Both the position numbers and the translations under genes were made by a program. The notes below the pieces were generated by a model. That model saw only the letters and a list, made by a program, of their open reading frames with translations, made no database searches and had not been told where the DNA came from. 64,000 nt of DNA from Candidatus Poribacteria bacterium. GTDB lineage: Bacteria; Poribacteria; WGA-4E; WGA-3G. Positions 1 through 10,314 of this stretch are shown one piece after another. Each line of letters starts with the position of its first letter. Positions within the stretch are counted from its first letter, which is position 1. The stretch lies in NCBI GenBank assembly GCA_963665235.2, contig CAXXLX010000001.1, positions 2,208,001-2,272,000 on the forward strand, in the 5' to 3' direction.

Positions 1-564
1 GCGTTCAGATGTGGCCGTTTCGTGCACACATCCTATTGTTTATACACCTAAACATCAAAGTTGTCAAATAAAACCGTAACTTACTTGCTGTTATATTCAA
101 CAGTGCGAATGACATGCATTGGTAAATCCAATGCAACACCAAAAGCCCGCGATAAAATCCTCCGTATAAGACGAAGGGCACGCGCAGGCGCGAAGACAGT
201 GCAGCTTGTAAAGCCTCCGACACTGTCTATTGATATAAAAATACCTAATAAATATGACGTATGTAAAAAGGGGGGGGGCACAAACCTCTACTGTGACTGG
301 CTCCGACAGATATTCTTCCCGGAGAAACCCCGCGCAGGCGTGCAGCACCTGACTGACGTATGTGTTGCAGTAGTGTAGGATGTTGCATTCTCATTATTAA
401 ATCCCTACCTATTGACATGCGTTCAGTGCGATTTCGGTGGCATAAATTTTCGGTTGCCACCATTACGTATTTAAAACGTGTGCTCGGTGTAAGAAATAAG
501 TTTTGATAAATAGAGAGCATCTATGGTATAGTAAACTTATACCAATAGTTCAAAGGAGCTCCTT

Positions 565-606
565 ATGTGTATTGGACAACTTTTTTGTGATATTGACGAC
601 TTTTAA
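565..606 (+). pseudogene. Possible 5' remnant of an IS982-type transposase (MCIGQLFCDIDDF*)
   Basis: AAGGAG RBS, then 13 codons resembling the 'LFCxIDDF' N-terminus of IS982 transposases, then a stop. Confidence 0.35.
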
Positions 607-607
607 A

Positions 608-724
608 GTATACCACAGATTTCGATAGAAGTCAATTTTTTAGAAAAAATTTAAAAATTACGAAAACGCTTGCGATTTCTACCTTATCTTTATGAATTAT
701 ACCACGTAATTCCGGTTTTGTCAA
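608..724 (-). promoter_or_regulatory. Two tandem sigma-70 promoters pointing toward the window start
   Basis: Minus strand reads TTGACA-17-TATAAT (724-696) and TTGACT-17-TATACT (636-608), both with extended -10 TG. Confidence 0.6.
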
Positions 725-796
725 ATCTTTTTTACGAAAATCGGATTTTTTCAACGGTCCCTCATAAGTATCAACTTCAGCGGGGCACATTTCTAT

Positions 797-837
797 ATGA
801 TTGATGTAAGGAAGCCCCCCTTCCTTACATCAATCAT
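797..837. repeat. Perfect 18-bp inverted repeat (hairpin)
   Basis: ATGATTGATGTAAGGAAG-CCCCC-CTTCCTTACATCAATCAT. Confidence 0.8.
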
Positions 838-1100
838 TAAACATATCGACCCTACAGGGCCAAGGCACAACGCATATCTGAAGTATATCAAAAGCGTTCG
901 CTTTCTACAACAAATTCCTCAATTATTTATCAAACTCACGTTATATAATACCATTTTTATTAATTATTCTACCATTACCAGTTGTTAGAAATGAAACGGA
1001 GAACGGCACAAACTGGAAGTTTATGCTACAAGAAAGAGACATTTTCAATTAGAAATGGTATAACAAAAACAGAGAAGGAGCAAACGAATTGAAGTTCTGT

Positions 1101-2231
1101 TTATATCTGCATCACAGTTGTGTTTGTTAAATAGGGGGACTGAAATTGCGTCATATCGCCAGCCTTTAGTCCAGGGACAGGAAAGAGGCGGACTGAGAGC
1201 GGTTTTTCGAGTTGGATAGAAAGTGCAGCAACATCTGTCAGGATGGTGGCGAGCTGCGATGTCGAAACATCACCGGGTATAGGAATTGTGTCCAATCCAG
1301 TGCCGCAAACGGCAGAATAGAGGAGAAGGCTATCGAGGTTGAAATAACCGGCTTCACTGCGTTTTCCTAATCCGACATCTTCAAGTACCGGGAGCATTAA
1401 TCCGGAATAACCGCACAGCGGCAGGGCAAGTTCGCGAAGGGTTTGTGTTAAACCTGCAGCGACTGTTAGTGTGCCGCGCTGTCCAAAGTAGCCGGGGAGT
1501 TGTGGCTCCAGGGCATAAGCGATGCTTTCCTCTCCCATTGGTGCGGGTGACACATCTATACCGACGAACTTTATACCGGTTTCCTGCGCGAGCGTTTCAG
1601 CGATTGCGACAATTTTTTGTCCTTCGGTTTCCATTGAGGTTTTTAGATTTTGCAGGGCGGTTTTCAAATTGGGTGTGTCTATAAAAGCACGTTGTACGAG
1701 GTCAGCCGCTTGCCATCCGATGCCGAAGTTGATACCGGTGTCCTGCCAATATGCGGCTGGGAAGAAGGGTGTATTTGGGGGACAGTTCATCAATGCTGCG
1801 AATCGGAGGTTTCCGTAGCCGGAGTCGGTTCGCTGTGCTATTTGGAGAATAACGTTCGCGGTTTTTTCAGCGATATCCCAGGCGATTTGACCATTTTGCG
1901 TCGTAAGTGTAACAGAGGCAAAAAGCGTTTCACTTTCCACAATTACATCCGCAACCGTGCTAAGATTCGTTTTGGTGTGCCGCTGCTCTGGAAAGATTGT
2001 CCCTAAGCTGATGAATTCAACCTCTAACGCTTGTGCCTGCGATTCTAAGGCGAGGAGTGCTTGGATATCCGGGGTTTCACCCCAGACCTGACAGCTCACT
2101 CGCGTGGATTGTACGTCATAACCGTTCGCTTCGAAGCGGTTTCGGGAAGTTGTGTTAAATTCAGCGGCGCGTTGGAGGTCATATCTTGAGAAGGGGGCTG
2201 GGATGCCTGTGGTAATCGTTCGTATCTTCAT
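1101..2231 (-). CDS. DUF711 family protein
   Basis: MKIRTITTG start; GIDVSPAP, GYSGLMLPVLED and SAVCGTGLDTIPIPG motifs. Confidence 0.85.
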   Translation of the reverse strand: MKIRTITTGIPAPFSRYDLQRAAEFNTTSRNRFEANGYDVQSTRVSCQVWGETPDIQALLALESQAQALEVEFISLGTIFPEQRHTKTNLSTVADVIVESETLFASVTLTTQNGQIAWDIAEKTANVILQIAQRTDSGYGNLRFAALMNCPPNTPFFPAAYWQDTGINFGIGWQAADLVQRAFIDTPNLKTALQNLKTSMETEGQKIVAIAETLAQETGIKFVGIDVSPAPMGEESIAYALEPQLPGYFGQRGTLTVAAGLTQTLRELALPLCGYSGLMLPVLEDVGLGKRSEAGYFNLDSLLLYSAVCGTGLDTIPIPGDVSTSQLATILTDVAALSIQLEKPLSVRLFPVPGLKAGDMTQFQSPYLTNTTVMQI

Positions 2232-3190
2232 TCGCCGTAAAATCCGAGGTGTCGGTAACGTTCGTGTCGCTGTTGCTTTAGTTGTTGGGGTGTCATCAGC
2301 ATCAATTCGGCGAGGTGTTTGCGCATTGTGCGTTTGACGTTTCGTGCTGCGGCTTCAGCATCTCGGTGCGCGCCGCCGAGGGGTTCACGTATAATCTGAT
2401 CGATGATTCCTACCTTAAGCAGGTCCGGGGCGGTTGGTTTATAGCCTTCTGTGGCTTCGGGTGCATGTTCGCCTTTGTCCTTCCAGACGATTCCGCTGCA
2501 GGCTTCAGGGGGAGCAACACAGTAGATGGCGTATTCCATCATCAGTACGCGATTTCCGACAGCAATTGCCAATGCACCGCCGCTGCCGCCTTCGCCGATG
2601 ATAACGACAAGGATAGGGACGTGCATTCTCATCATCTGTGCGAGGTTTTCGGCAATCGCTGTTGCTTGTCCATACTCTTCAGAGCGTAGGTCGAAGTGTG
2701 CGCCTGGGGTATCAACGAAGCAGATGAGAGGTCTGTTAAACTTATCGGCTAGCTGCATCAACCGTTTCGCTTTTCGGTATCCCTCAGGGTGTGTGTATCC
2801 GAAGTTCATCTCCTGTCTTTCTTCAAGGTTCGTACCTTTCTGCTGTGCGAGATAGATGATAGGGTGTCCGGCAAACCATGCTAATCCCCCTACGAGCGCA
2901 CGGTCATCGCCATATAATTTATCGCTGCGGAGCTCCACTGGTTCCTCGAGAAGTTTCTCAATATAGAAGGAGGACTGCGGGCGTTGTGGGTGGCGCGCTA
3001 ATCGTACCTTGTCCCATCGGCTGAGTTTTTGGAATGTCTGCTTTGTCAACGTGTCAGCATTCTGTTTTAGGGCATCAATTCCTGGTGTGATGTTTAGTTC
3101 CGGATAGTTTTGGGCAAAGGTATTCAATTCTGTGAGATAGTGTTCTAATTCGATGAGCGGTTTTTCAAAGTCTAATTCGGTTGAATTCAA
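2228..3190 (-). CDS. accA: Acetyl-CoA carboxylase carboxyltransferase alpha subunit
   Basis: LDFEKPL, ARHPQRP, PEGYRKA, IGEGGSGGALA and EPLGGAHRD motifs. Confidence 0.95.
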   Translation of the reverse strand: MNSTELDFEKPLIELEHYLTELNTFAQNYPELNITPGIDALKQNADTLTKQTFQKLSRWDKVRLARHPQRPQSSFYIEKLLEEPVELRSDKLYGDDRALVGGLAWFAGHPIIYLAQQKGTNLEERQEMNFGYTHPEGYRKAKRLMQLADKFNRPLICFVDTPGAHFDLRSEEYGQATAIAENLAQMMRMHVPILVVIIGEGGSGGALAIAVGNRVLMMEYAIYCVAPPEACSGIVWKDKGEHAPEATEGYKPTAPDLLKVGIIDQIIREPLGGAHRDAEAAARNVKRTMRKHLAELMLMTPQQLKQQRHERYRHLGFYGE

Positions 3191-3247
3191 AAGTTGTTTC
3201 TCCTTGTTCTCTCTATCAGAGTATAGCGATTGTGAGCGGACGTGTTA

Positions 3248-4459
3248 TCAAAGGAGCTTAGAGAACTGTTTGCCTGGGAGTTGTTGAATAACCCCTTTGA
3301 GTTCGAGCATCAGAAGTGTGCTTGACACTTTGCTAATCGGGAGTTGTGTTATGCGGACAATCGTGTCTATATGTGATGAAGGTGTCTCAATTGCGTTGAA
3401 TACCTGTTTTTCCTCATCCGTTAGGTCCGGGGGTGGCGTTACAGGTTTCGGTTCAGGTTTTTCAGGTGTTTTACTGTGTGGCGGTTCAGGTTTTGCCGTT
3501 TCGATGGCGAGGTCTTGCGGAAGTTCTGTTGCTGTATCGGTTTCAGACGCTGGTGTAGCGGTGAAGCTATGGTTTATCAAATGCTGCGGCAATGCTTCAA
3601 GCACGTCATCGGCATTGCCGATAAGTTTCGCACCAGAATCAATTAATTTGTGGGGCCCGGTTGAAAGTTCAGAGGAAATTTCTCCGGGGACTGCAAAGAC
3701 TTCTCTGCCCTGGTCAAGGGCGTGTCTTGCAGTAATCAGCGCGCCGCTGCGGTTTGATGCTTCAACGACAACAGTTCCGATTGTTAACCCACTGATGATG
3801 CGGTTGCGTCTTGGAAAATTATCACGTATCGGTTTCATCCCCATTGGGAATTCGGAGATTAATGCACCGGATTGCTCGATTTGCGCTGCCAATTCCCTGT
3901 TCGCTGCGGGATAGATAAGACTAAGTCCGTTGCCCATTACAGCAATAGTTCTACCCCCCGCCTCAAGCGCGCCCCGATGTGCACATGTATCCACCCCTTT
4001 TGCGAATCCGCTAACGACTGTTAGCCCGCGTTGTGCAAGTTGATAGCTGAGCTGGTAGCTGACTCGTCGTCCATAATCCTTCGCTTGGCGTGAGCCGACG
4101 AGAGAGATGCTGAAGTCGTCTTCTGGTTTTAGTTCGCCTTTGATGTAAAGCAACAACGGAGGGGTGTCAATTTCTTTCAACCGCTGCGGATATGCTGCGT
4201 CATAAAGCGTCACAGTATTGCACCCATATTCTTGGATCAGTTCAAGTTCCTGTTCTAAGGGGCAGCCGAGCTTTTTTCGAACGAGAGATTCCCGTATGGT
4301 AGCGGATAGGCCGTCTATTTTCTTTAATTCGGCTGACGATGCTTGCAGCACCTTTTCTACACTGCCGAGAGCCTCAATTAAAAATCGGGCGGTTTTTGGC
4401 CCCACGCCTCGAATCAGATTCAAATGAATTAGATTTATCGTTTGCTGAGATAACATCAT
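3248..4459 (-). CDS. dprA: DNA-processing protein DprA
   Basis: VGSR, VSGFAKGVD, FPRRNRIISG and VVEASNRSGALITA motifs; C-terminal winged helix. Confidence 0.95.
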   Translation of the reverse strand: MMLSQQTINLIHLNLIRGVGPKTARFLIEALGSVEKVLQASSAELKKIDGLSATIRESLVRKKLGCPLEQELELIQEYGCNTVTLYDAAYPQRLKEIDTPPLLLYIKGELKPEDDFSISLVGSRQAKDYGRRVSYQLSYQLAQRGLTVVSGFAKGVDTCAHRGALEAGGRTIAVMGNGLSLIYPAANRELAAQIEQSGALISEFPMGMKPIRDNFPRRNRIISGLTIGTVVVEASNRSGALITARHALDQGREVFAVPGEISSELSTGPHKLIDSGAKLIGNADDVLEALPQHLINHSFTATPASETDTATELPQDLAIETAKPEPPHSKTPEKPEPKPVTPPPDLTDEEKQVFNAIETPSSHIDTIVRITQLPISKVSSTLLMLELKGVIQQLPGKQFSKLL

Positions 4460-4605
4460 CTAAAAATGAATTTTTCTGAGAAACGCAACCGGTTTCTCCT
4501 TATGCTACAAAAACACCTGCACAATTAAACAAAAGTCTAAGTTCCTCTGTTTTCGTATGACTATAGGTAACATGGCTGCCCCATCTGCAATAGGTTGAAA
4601 AGGAC

Positions 4606-4878
4606 CTATTCATCAAGCACTTGCAAGAAAGTGTTGAAATTAGGCACTGAGAGCGCAAGCGTGAGCAGCTCGGTGAGGCGTTCAATATCGCCAATTGCCT
4701 CAAGTGCAGAGGTAGCGGTATGTCCATCGGCATCCGGGAACCGCGTTGTAAGCACAGCGATTATGTTTGTAATATATGTCTCGCGCGCTCCTTGTTCGAT
4801 ACCTTGTTCGATACCTTGTTCGATACCTTGTTTAATACCGTCTTGTAGAACTATATCGTAAAAGGGAGATTCTTGCAT
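4606..4878 (-). CDS. Putative intragenic small protein (RpnS-like), 90 aa, in frame with Rpn
   Basis: GGAGGAAATCATG: strong SD before the internal Met of 'EEIMQESPFY'. Confidence 0.55.
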   Translation of the reverse strand: MQESPFYDIVLQDGIKQGIEQGIEQGIEQGARETYITNIIAVLTTRFPDADGHTATSALEAIGDIERLTELLTLALSVPNFNTFLQVLDE

Positions 4879-5517
4879 GATTTCCTCCAATATAAACTTC
4901 CGAAAAAGTTCCGGGTCGTGTGCTAAACTTCCGAGAAGAGATAGCGCAAATAGAAGCGTACCCCGCGTTTGTGTGTCAACAGGTGCCGTTTGTGTCTTCG
5001 CAACACATGCCTCAACCCACGCCTCGGCTGTCATACCAGCAGGCGGTTTCATCAAAGGCGTAAACGGGAGCAACCCTATCGCAGGGGACTCTAAAAATGC
5101 CTCACCCTCTAAATCAGATAGACGGATGACCTTATAGTTGAAACGCAACCCCATCGTGTCATCTCCATAGGCGTAGATGCCCGGATCTCCGCGGCCCGCG
5201 TCCGGATGCAGATAAATCACCATAGAATATACCGGCAACCCATGGCGAAGGATAAGCACGCTTGCATAGCTTAAAACACGCAACGACATAGGTTTGTCGG
5301 TGCTATCGTGTGTTTGCACCTCTATGTGGAGAATCACCATCTCGCCATTGGAACGCCGAACTTTGAAAGTCAAATCGTTTTGATGGGCCTTAATGGTAGC
5401 TTGCTTCGTATCCAATTGCTCAAGGACTTCAAGGCCAGGTTCATTGAAAACAAGGTTCGCAAACTCCCGCGCGAAGCGGTCCATAATGTGTGTAACAACA
5501 GGGTCAAATTGTCGCAT
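4606..5517 (-). CDS. Rpn family PD-(D/E)XK nuclease (recombination-promoting nuclease / putative transposase)
   Basis: D...LHIEVQ catalytic motif, ESPFY and (QGIE)n repeats encoded by a 12-bp tandem repeat at ~4790-4837. Confidence 0.85.
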   Translation of the reverse strand: MRQFDPVVTHIMDRFAREFANLVFNEPGLEVLEQLDTKQATIKAHQNDLTFKVRRSNGEMVILHIEVQTHDSTDKPMSLRVLSYASVLILRHGLPVYSMVIYLHPDAGRGDPGIYAYGDDTMGLRFNYKVIRLSDLEGEAFLESPAIGLLPFTPLMKPPAGMTAEAWVEACVAKTQTAPVDTQTRGTLLFALSLLGSLAHDPELFRKFILEEIMQESPFYDIVLQDGIKQGIEQGIEQGIEQGARETYITNIIAVLTTRFPDADGHTATSALEAIGDIERLTELLTLALSVPNFNTFLQVLDE

Positions 5518-5564
5518 ATAGATGGTATACCTTTACAAATGAAAGCATGCTGCTAAGACTCCGC

Positions 5565-6152
5565 TCACTGTGTGGGTGCGGTGTCGGTTTCGGGTGTCGG
5601 AAGCGCGTAATAAAGTTCGATTTCTTGAATTTTTCTGTGCTCGGCTGTGGTTGGTGCTCCGGTTTCGCTTCGCTGTGAGCGTTTTTGCCCGGTAACGCGT
5701 CGGGACTCCCATCTACGTGGAACCTTTAAACGGAATTTCGTTATCATAATCGGTTCTCTCATCGTAAATTTGTAAGCGGGCCGGAGGTTATCGCTCACCT
5801 TTTTAATGGTAATCCATTCTTCTGATTCATCTTGGTATTGAATTTCGAAGAATTCCAATTCTCCCACTTTTGCCTTAACGATGACCTGTTGAATGGTCTG
5901 TGGTCTTTTCCAAGTGAGTACTGCCTCGGTGTAATTATCGGCTTCCCTTTGGGCCTCCATATCCCTTCCGCCTCCAGTTATAGGGCCGGTTTCGCCTTCG
6001 GTGTAAATATTGTCGTCATTGAATTTCCTGTCGCTGCCCAAAGCGTCAAGCGCAATGTTCTTACTCCAGTTGGTTGGCGATTTTGATATGAGTGCACACC
6101 CGAACAGGACGATGCAGGCACAGAGCATTGTCGCTAGTAATGCAAAACGCAT
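5565..6152 (-). CDS. Lipoprotein, discoidin/galactose-binding-like fold (paralog of 6256-6891)
   Basis: Lipobox LFGC; start moved to ATG 6152 after AAGGAG; C-terminal KIQEIELY. Confidence 0.55.
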   Translation of the reverse strand: MRFALLATMLCACIVLFGCALISKSPTNWSKNIALDALGSDRKFNDDNIYTEGETGPITGGGRDMEAQREADNYTEAVLTWKRPQTIQQVIVKAKVGELEFFEIQYQDESEEWITIKKVSDNLRPAYKFTMREPIMITKFRLKVPRRWESRRVTGQKRSQRSETGAPTTAEHRKIQEIELYYALPTPETDTAPTQ

Positions 6153-6255
6153 GTATTTCTCCTTTAGCACAAAGCGCGGCACGCGAGAGATGCTATTCTT
6201 CGGATTTTAAGGCTCAGGCGGCTTTTTCATAAATAGCCACCTAAGCATTATTTTC

Positions 6256-6891
6256 CTACTCTAAGTCAAGTAAATCGTCGAGTTCTTGTTCACGGCTATC
6301 AGCAGCTTTATCAGCAGCCATCTCCTTTGTGGATTTGTAGCCGTAAATTTCAATTTCTCGGATTTTACCGGGAGCCCCTGTTGTGCTGACGAAGGTAATT
6401 CCGCCGAGGCGCTGGTTTTTCTCCCGGGCGAGTTGTGCGTCTTCTGTTGTTTTTAGGACGCGCACCCGAATCCGATCTGTTGGGAACGGAATGGAGACGA
6501 GTAATTCAACGGGGCTCGGTCTGAAATTTTTGACCTCTTTGACCAAAACCCAGTCAGCGGTGGCAAGTGCACTTCCGCCTTTGTCTGCTGCGATGTCATA
6601 TTCTTTTAAATTATCGGTGTGAATCACAATTCGGCGGATCATTTTTTTCTCGGGTAACGTAACAACGACTTCCGATCTGCCGCGGACGAGCTGTTTCATC
6701 GTTTCTGCGGAAACATTGGTTTGCCCAATGGTATTGAGGTTGCCATCAATCATTTCAGGACTTGTGGCTCGTGTGCCTTCGAGAAGCGAGTAGTTTTCGC
6801 TCCACTCTTGGGCGGTAATTATGCCGCATCCTACCATCATAATGGAAAAACAGGTAAGCAGTAAGGCAACACTCAGCAATCTGTAATACAT
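6256..6891 (-). CDS. Lipoprotein, discoidin-like fold
   Basis: Lipobox MVGC; MIDGNLNT and KIREIEIYG resemble F5/8-type-C domain ends. Confidence 0.55.
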   Translation of the reverse strand: MYYRLLSVALLLTCFSIMMVGCGIITAQEWSENYSLLEGTRATSPEMIDGNLNTIGQTNVSAETMKQLVRGRSEVVVTLPEKKMIRRIVIHTDNLKEYDIAADKGGSALATADWVLVKEVKNFRPSPVELLVSIPFPTDRIRVRVLKTTEDAQLAREKNQRLGGITFVSTTGAPGKIREIEIYGYKSTKEMAADKAADSREQELDDLLDLE

Positions 6892-7167
6892 CTTTTTTGA
6901 CTCCTTTTTTAGTAAGTTGTGCGAGGGGGTTCAAAGCTACATAGCGGATGCAACTTTTAGTTTTCTCGCGCGGAACAGAAAATAGATTAAATTGTCTGGA
7001 TACGCTAATATGATACCATAAAACAGGAAAAAAAACAAAAAATGTTTTTTGATGCGGCGACATTCAGTTTGCAAAAGAGCTAAATGTCGCTGTTGGCTTG
7101 ATATACACGGGCGGCCCGGTCCCTTCATCCATATCTACAGCAAAATCCGCGTTCAGTTGGTGTCGCA

Positions 7168-8166
7168 TTATCGACTTTGCTGCGCGATTTTTTGAAGGAT
7201 TTCTTCTTTTGTCAACGGCTGCACTTTAAATTTAAGTTTCTCAAAAAACGGTACTAAGTTTGCGCCAGAGGCTTCATTCAGATAATAGACGAGGAAGCTT
7301 ACTGGCATGGCGCTGGGCAGTTTGTTGTGAAGTTGGTCAGCTTCCATCAGCTGAAAAACTTTAATATATAAATTGTCTCCGTATCGGGCTCGGAGTTCGG
7401 ACACGATAGAGTAGGCGTAACGGTATCGCCATTGGCTGCCGCCTTGGTGGGATGTCCAATCTTCTAGGTCATTGACATCGTCTAGATTTACTTTTAAATT
7501 TTCCTCGAGTGAGTCAAATTTAGGGTGTGAGCGGCCTTTCGCCCATTCCATTTGCATCAGAACGGCAAGCCCTTCGTTAAACCAGGTTGGGAGGAAATAG
7601 ATGTTCGTAAAAGCGTGTGTGAGTTCATGTACGCGCACGTCGGGTTTTTCATACATCGCCAACGGAAAATCCATTCCGATGCCGGTAACAAATTTCAGCG
7701 AGGTTCCTGCTCTCCTCTCGTGCCGGTACTGTGTAGTAGTAGTGGCCACGTTTCTTCTGCCCTGATAAACATCATGGAATGTTACGTGAATTTTATGTTC
7801 AGGTTGGAATCCGAAGATAGTATACAATTCATCGTAGAGACTTTCCATGTATGTAAGTGCGCTTTCCATGAATTCCCGCCGTTCTACAGTTTCGTCGAAA
7901 TTTTCATGGTTTTTCAAATCTTGAGCGAAGGTAACCGTATAGTGGTCGCTTTCTGCTTTCCGTGCGTCGTCGTCGATTTTCGTTTCGCTTTTTGAGGGTG
8001 ATAGCATTACATAGTCATCTTTCCTTTTTTCCAGCATGCGCTCTTGTCTGCGTTGCTGTGCCTCTTGCAAGGCGGTGCAACTGCTGAGAAACAGATAACT
8101 TGCTAGTCCGAAAAATAGGACTATCTTTACCGCAGTGATGTTTAAAACGTTTCTGTTGTGCTTCAT
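7168..8166 (-). CDS. Lipoprotein, gluzincin (peptidase MA-like) metallopeptidase
   Basis: Lipobox LSSC; HELTH followed by PTWFNEGLA. Confidence 0.7.
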   Translation of the reverse strand: MKHNRNVLNITAVKIVLFFGLASYLFLSSCTALQEAQQRRQERMLEKRKDDYVMLSPSKSETKIDDDARKAESDHYTVTFAQDLKNHENFDETVERREFMESALTYMESLYDELYTIFGFQPEHKIHVTFHDVYQGRRNVATTTTQYRHERRAGTSLKFVTGIGMDFPLAMYEKPDVRVHELTHAFTNIYFLPTWFNEGLAVLMQMEWAKGRSHPKFDSLEENLKVNLDDVNDLEDWTSHQGGSQWRYRYAYSIVSELRARYGDNLYIKVFQLMEADQLHNKLPSAMPVSFLVYYLNEASGANLVPFFEKLKFKVQPLTKEEILQKIAQQSR

Positions 8167-8280
8167 AACTTCTCCTATAAACTTTATATTTTTAATATTT
8201 TACCAAAAGTTCCGGGCTTTTGCAAGTCAAAATTTCAGAACAGGCGTTTGGCGTTACAGACGTGGGGAGCGTAAGCTCTG

Positions 8281-9750
8281 CTATGGTTTGGTTACAAATT
8301 TCCACGTTGTGCCTTGTCGGGTATCCTGGATTTCGACGTTTAGCTCTTTCAGTCTATCCCGAATTTTATCTGAAGTGTCCCAATCCTTCCGTTGTTTTGC
8401 TTCTGCTCGAACCTCTAGGAGGAGTGAAATGAGTGCTTCCGCTTGTTCCATTGATTGTCTTGGTGCGTCCTGTGTCTGCTGCTGCGCGATACCGAGCACA
8501 TCACATGTTGTTAGTAGAGCGTTATGGGCAGCAGCAAGGAGTGAGGCGGTTTCGTCTGTTTTGCTGTGGGCATAATGTGTTAGGAATTGGTTGACTTTCC
8601 CGACGAAAGTGAAGATTGTGCCCAATGCTCTTGCAGTGTTGAAGTCCATATCCATGGCGGTTTGAAAATCTGCTTTTAGGCGTTGTATCTGTTGTGCAAA
8701 TTCAGTTTCGGTGGCTGTGCGTTGAGGGTTTGCTGGGAGTTCCGCTGCGGAGTTGCTATCAGTTTCCGCTTGCAGTGCTTCGATGCAATTGTTGAGTCGT
8801 CGGAGTGCGCCCTCGGATGTTTTGAGGCTTTCAGGCGAGTAGTCAAGCGGGTGTCTGTAGTGGGCGGAGTTGAGGAAGTGTCGAACGACCTCTGTGGGGT
8901 ATGCCTCGAGTGCATCTCGGAGTCGGATAAAGTTCTGTTCAGATTTTCCCATGCGTTTTCCATTAATTTGTAGGAATGCGACGTGTATCCAGTAGCGTGC
9001 GAAGGGTTTTCCTGTCGCCATTTCGCTCTGTGCGATTTCGTTTTCGTGGTGTGGGAACAGTAGGTCTTCGCCGCCGGCGTGTATATCAATACTTTCTCCG
9101 AGATGTTTCATCGCCATGGCGGAGCATTCGATATGCCATCCGGGTCTTCCGTTACCCCAGGGGCTGTCCCAATAGGGTTCGCCCGGTTTTGCGGCTTTCC
9201 ACATGTCGAAATCCCGGGGGTCTTCCTTACGTTTATCGATTTCAACGCGCGCGCCTGCTTGGAGGTCTTCAGGTTTTCGGTGTGAGAGTTTGCCGTATTC
9301 TGGAAAAGCGTTGACACGATAATAGACGCTGCCATCAATGACATAAGCTGCCCCCTTGTGAATAAGGGTTTGAATGAGGGTTATCATTTCCGGGATGTGC
9401 TCTGTGGCTTTCGGATGCACATCTGCTGCCTCAATTCCGAGTCGTTGGGCATCTTCAAAGTAGGCTTCTCCGTTTACTTGTGCCAGTTCGCTTGCGCTGG
9501 TGCCAAGTGTTTGGGCCCGCGTAATAATTTTATCATCAATATCTGTTAGATTTTGCACCAGTTTGACTGTATATCCGCTATATGTGAGGTATCGGCGGAT
9601 AATATCGGTAACAAGTGCTGTTCGGGCATTTCCGATGTGAATGTAGTCGTAAACGGTGGGGCCACAGCTGTACATTGAGACGTGCCCCTCTTCGAGTGGC
9701 GAAAATTCTTCAAGCTCTCTGCTAAGGGAGTTATATATTTTTAGTGCCAT
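8281..9750 (-). CDS. cysS: Cysteine--tRNA ligase
   Basis: [26 protein letters not shown] and RMGKS (KMSKS-like) motifs. Confidence 0.97.
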   Translation of the reverse strand: MALKIYNSLSRELEEFSPLEEGHVSMYSCGPTVYDYIHIGNARTALVTDIIRRYLTYSGYTVKLVQNLTDIDDKIITRAQTLGTSASELAQVNGEAYFEDAQRLGIEAADVHPKATEHIPEMITLIQTLIHKGAAYVIDGSVYYRVNAFPEYGKLSHRKPEDLQAGARVEIDKRKEDPRDFDMWKAAKPGEPYWDSPWGNGRPGWHIECSAMAMKHLGESIDIHAGGEDLLFPHHENEIAQSEMATGKPFARYWIHVAFLQINGKRMGKSEQNFIRLRDALEAYPTEVVRHFLNSAHYRHPLDYSPESLKTSEGALRRLNNCIEALQAETDSNSAAELPANPQRTATETEFAQQIQRLKADFQTAMDMDFNTARALGTIFTFVGKVNQFLTHYAHSKTDETASLLAAAHNALLTTCDVLGIAQQQTQDAPRQSMEQAEALISLLLEVRAEAKQRKDWDTSDKIRDRLKELNVEIQDTRQGTTWKFVTKP

Positions 9751-9826
9751 TGGTTTTCTCTTCTTTTTTCTGTTAAGAGATTATGTGATTAGGAGCGGTG
9801 TCCTGGTTTGCGTCACTCCGAACGAT

Positions 9827-10300
9827 TTAGGGAATAATGAGGCAGGCGACGGCTTCAGCGACTATTGCTTTGCCTTCGCCGACGATGCCTAACCCTTCCG
9901 ATGTTGTAGCTTTGACACTCACGCGTTCCGCTGGAATGCCGAGTGTTTTTGCGAGTACGTGGCGCATCTGTAAAATATAGGGGGCTAATTTCGGTTGTTG
10001 CGCGATGACCGTACTATCAATGTTTTCAATTGTGTAGCCGTGTTCCCTAACCTTTGCTGCGATAGTCGTTAGGAAAATAAGGCTGTCCATTCCTTGATAA
10101 TCAGCGTCTGTATCAGGAAAATGTGTTCCGATATCTCCGAGTGCGGCTGCGCCTAGGATTGCGTCACAGATAGCGTGTGTTAAAACATCGGCATCTGAGT
10201 GTCCTAACAATCCCAGATGATATGGGATTTCTACGCCTCCCAAAATCAATTTTCGATTTTCCGTGAGTCGGTGAACGTCGTAACCAATCCCTATTCTCAT
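9827..10300 (-). CDS. ispF: 2-C-methyl-D-erythritol 2,4-cyclodiphosphate synthase
   Basis: [16 protein letters not shown] and KATTSEGLG motifs. Confidence 0.97.
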   Translation of the reverse strand: MRIGIGYDVHRLTENRKLILGGVEIPYHLGLLGHSDADVLTHAICDAILGAAALGDIGTHFPDTDADYQGMDSLIFLTTIAAKVREHGYTIENIDSTVIAQQPKLAPYILQMRHVLAKTLGIPAERVSVKATTSEGLGIVGEGKAIVAEAVACLIIP

Positions 10301-10314
10301 TTAGTGTTTCCTGC

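Noticed and set aside
1-420. Short ORFs and a possible homolog of the 37048 structured RNA (shared TGCCCCCCCC tract)
   Set aside because: ORFs have no recognisable motifs or RBS; the similarity is limited to low-complexity tracts.
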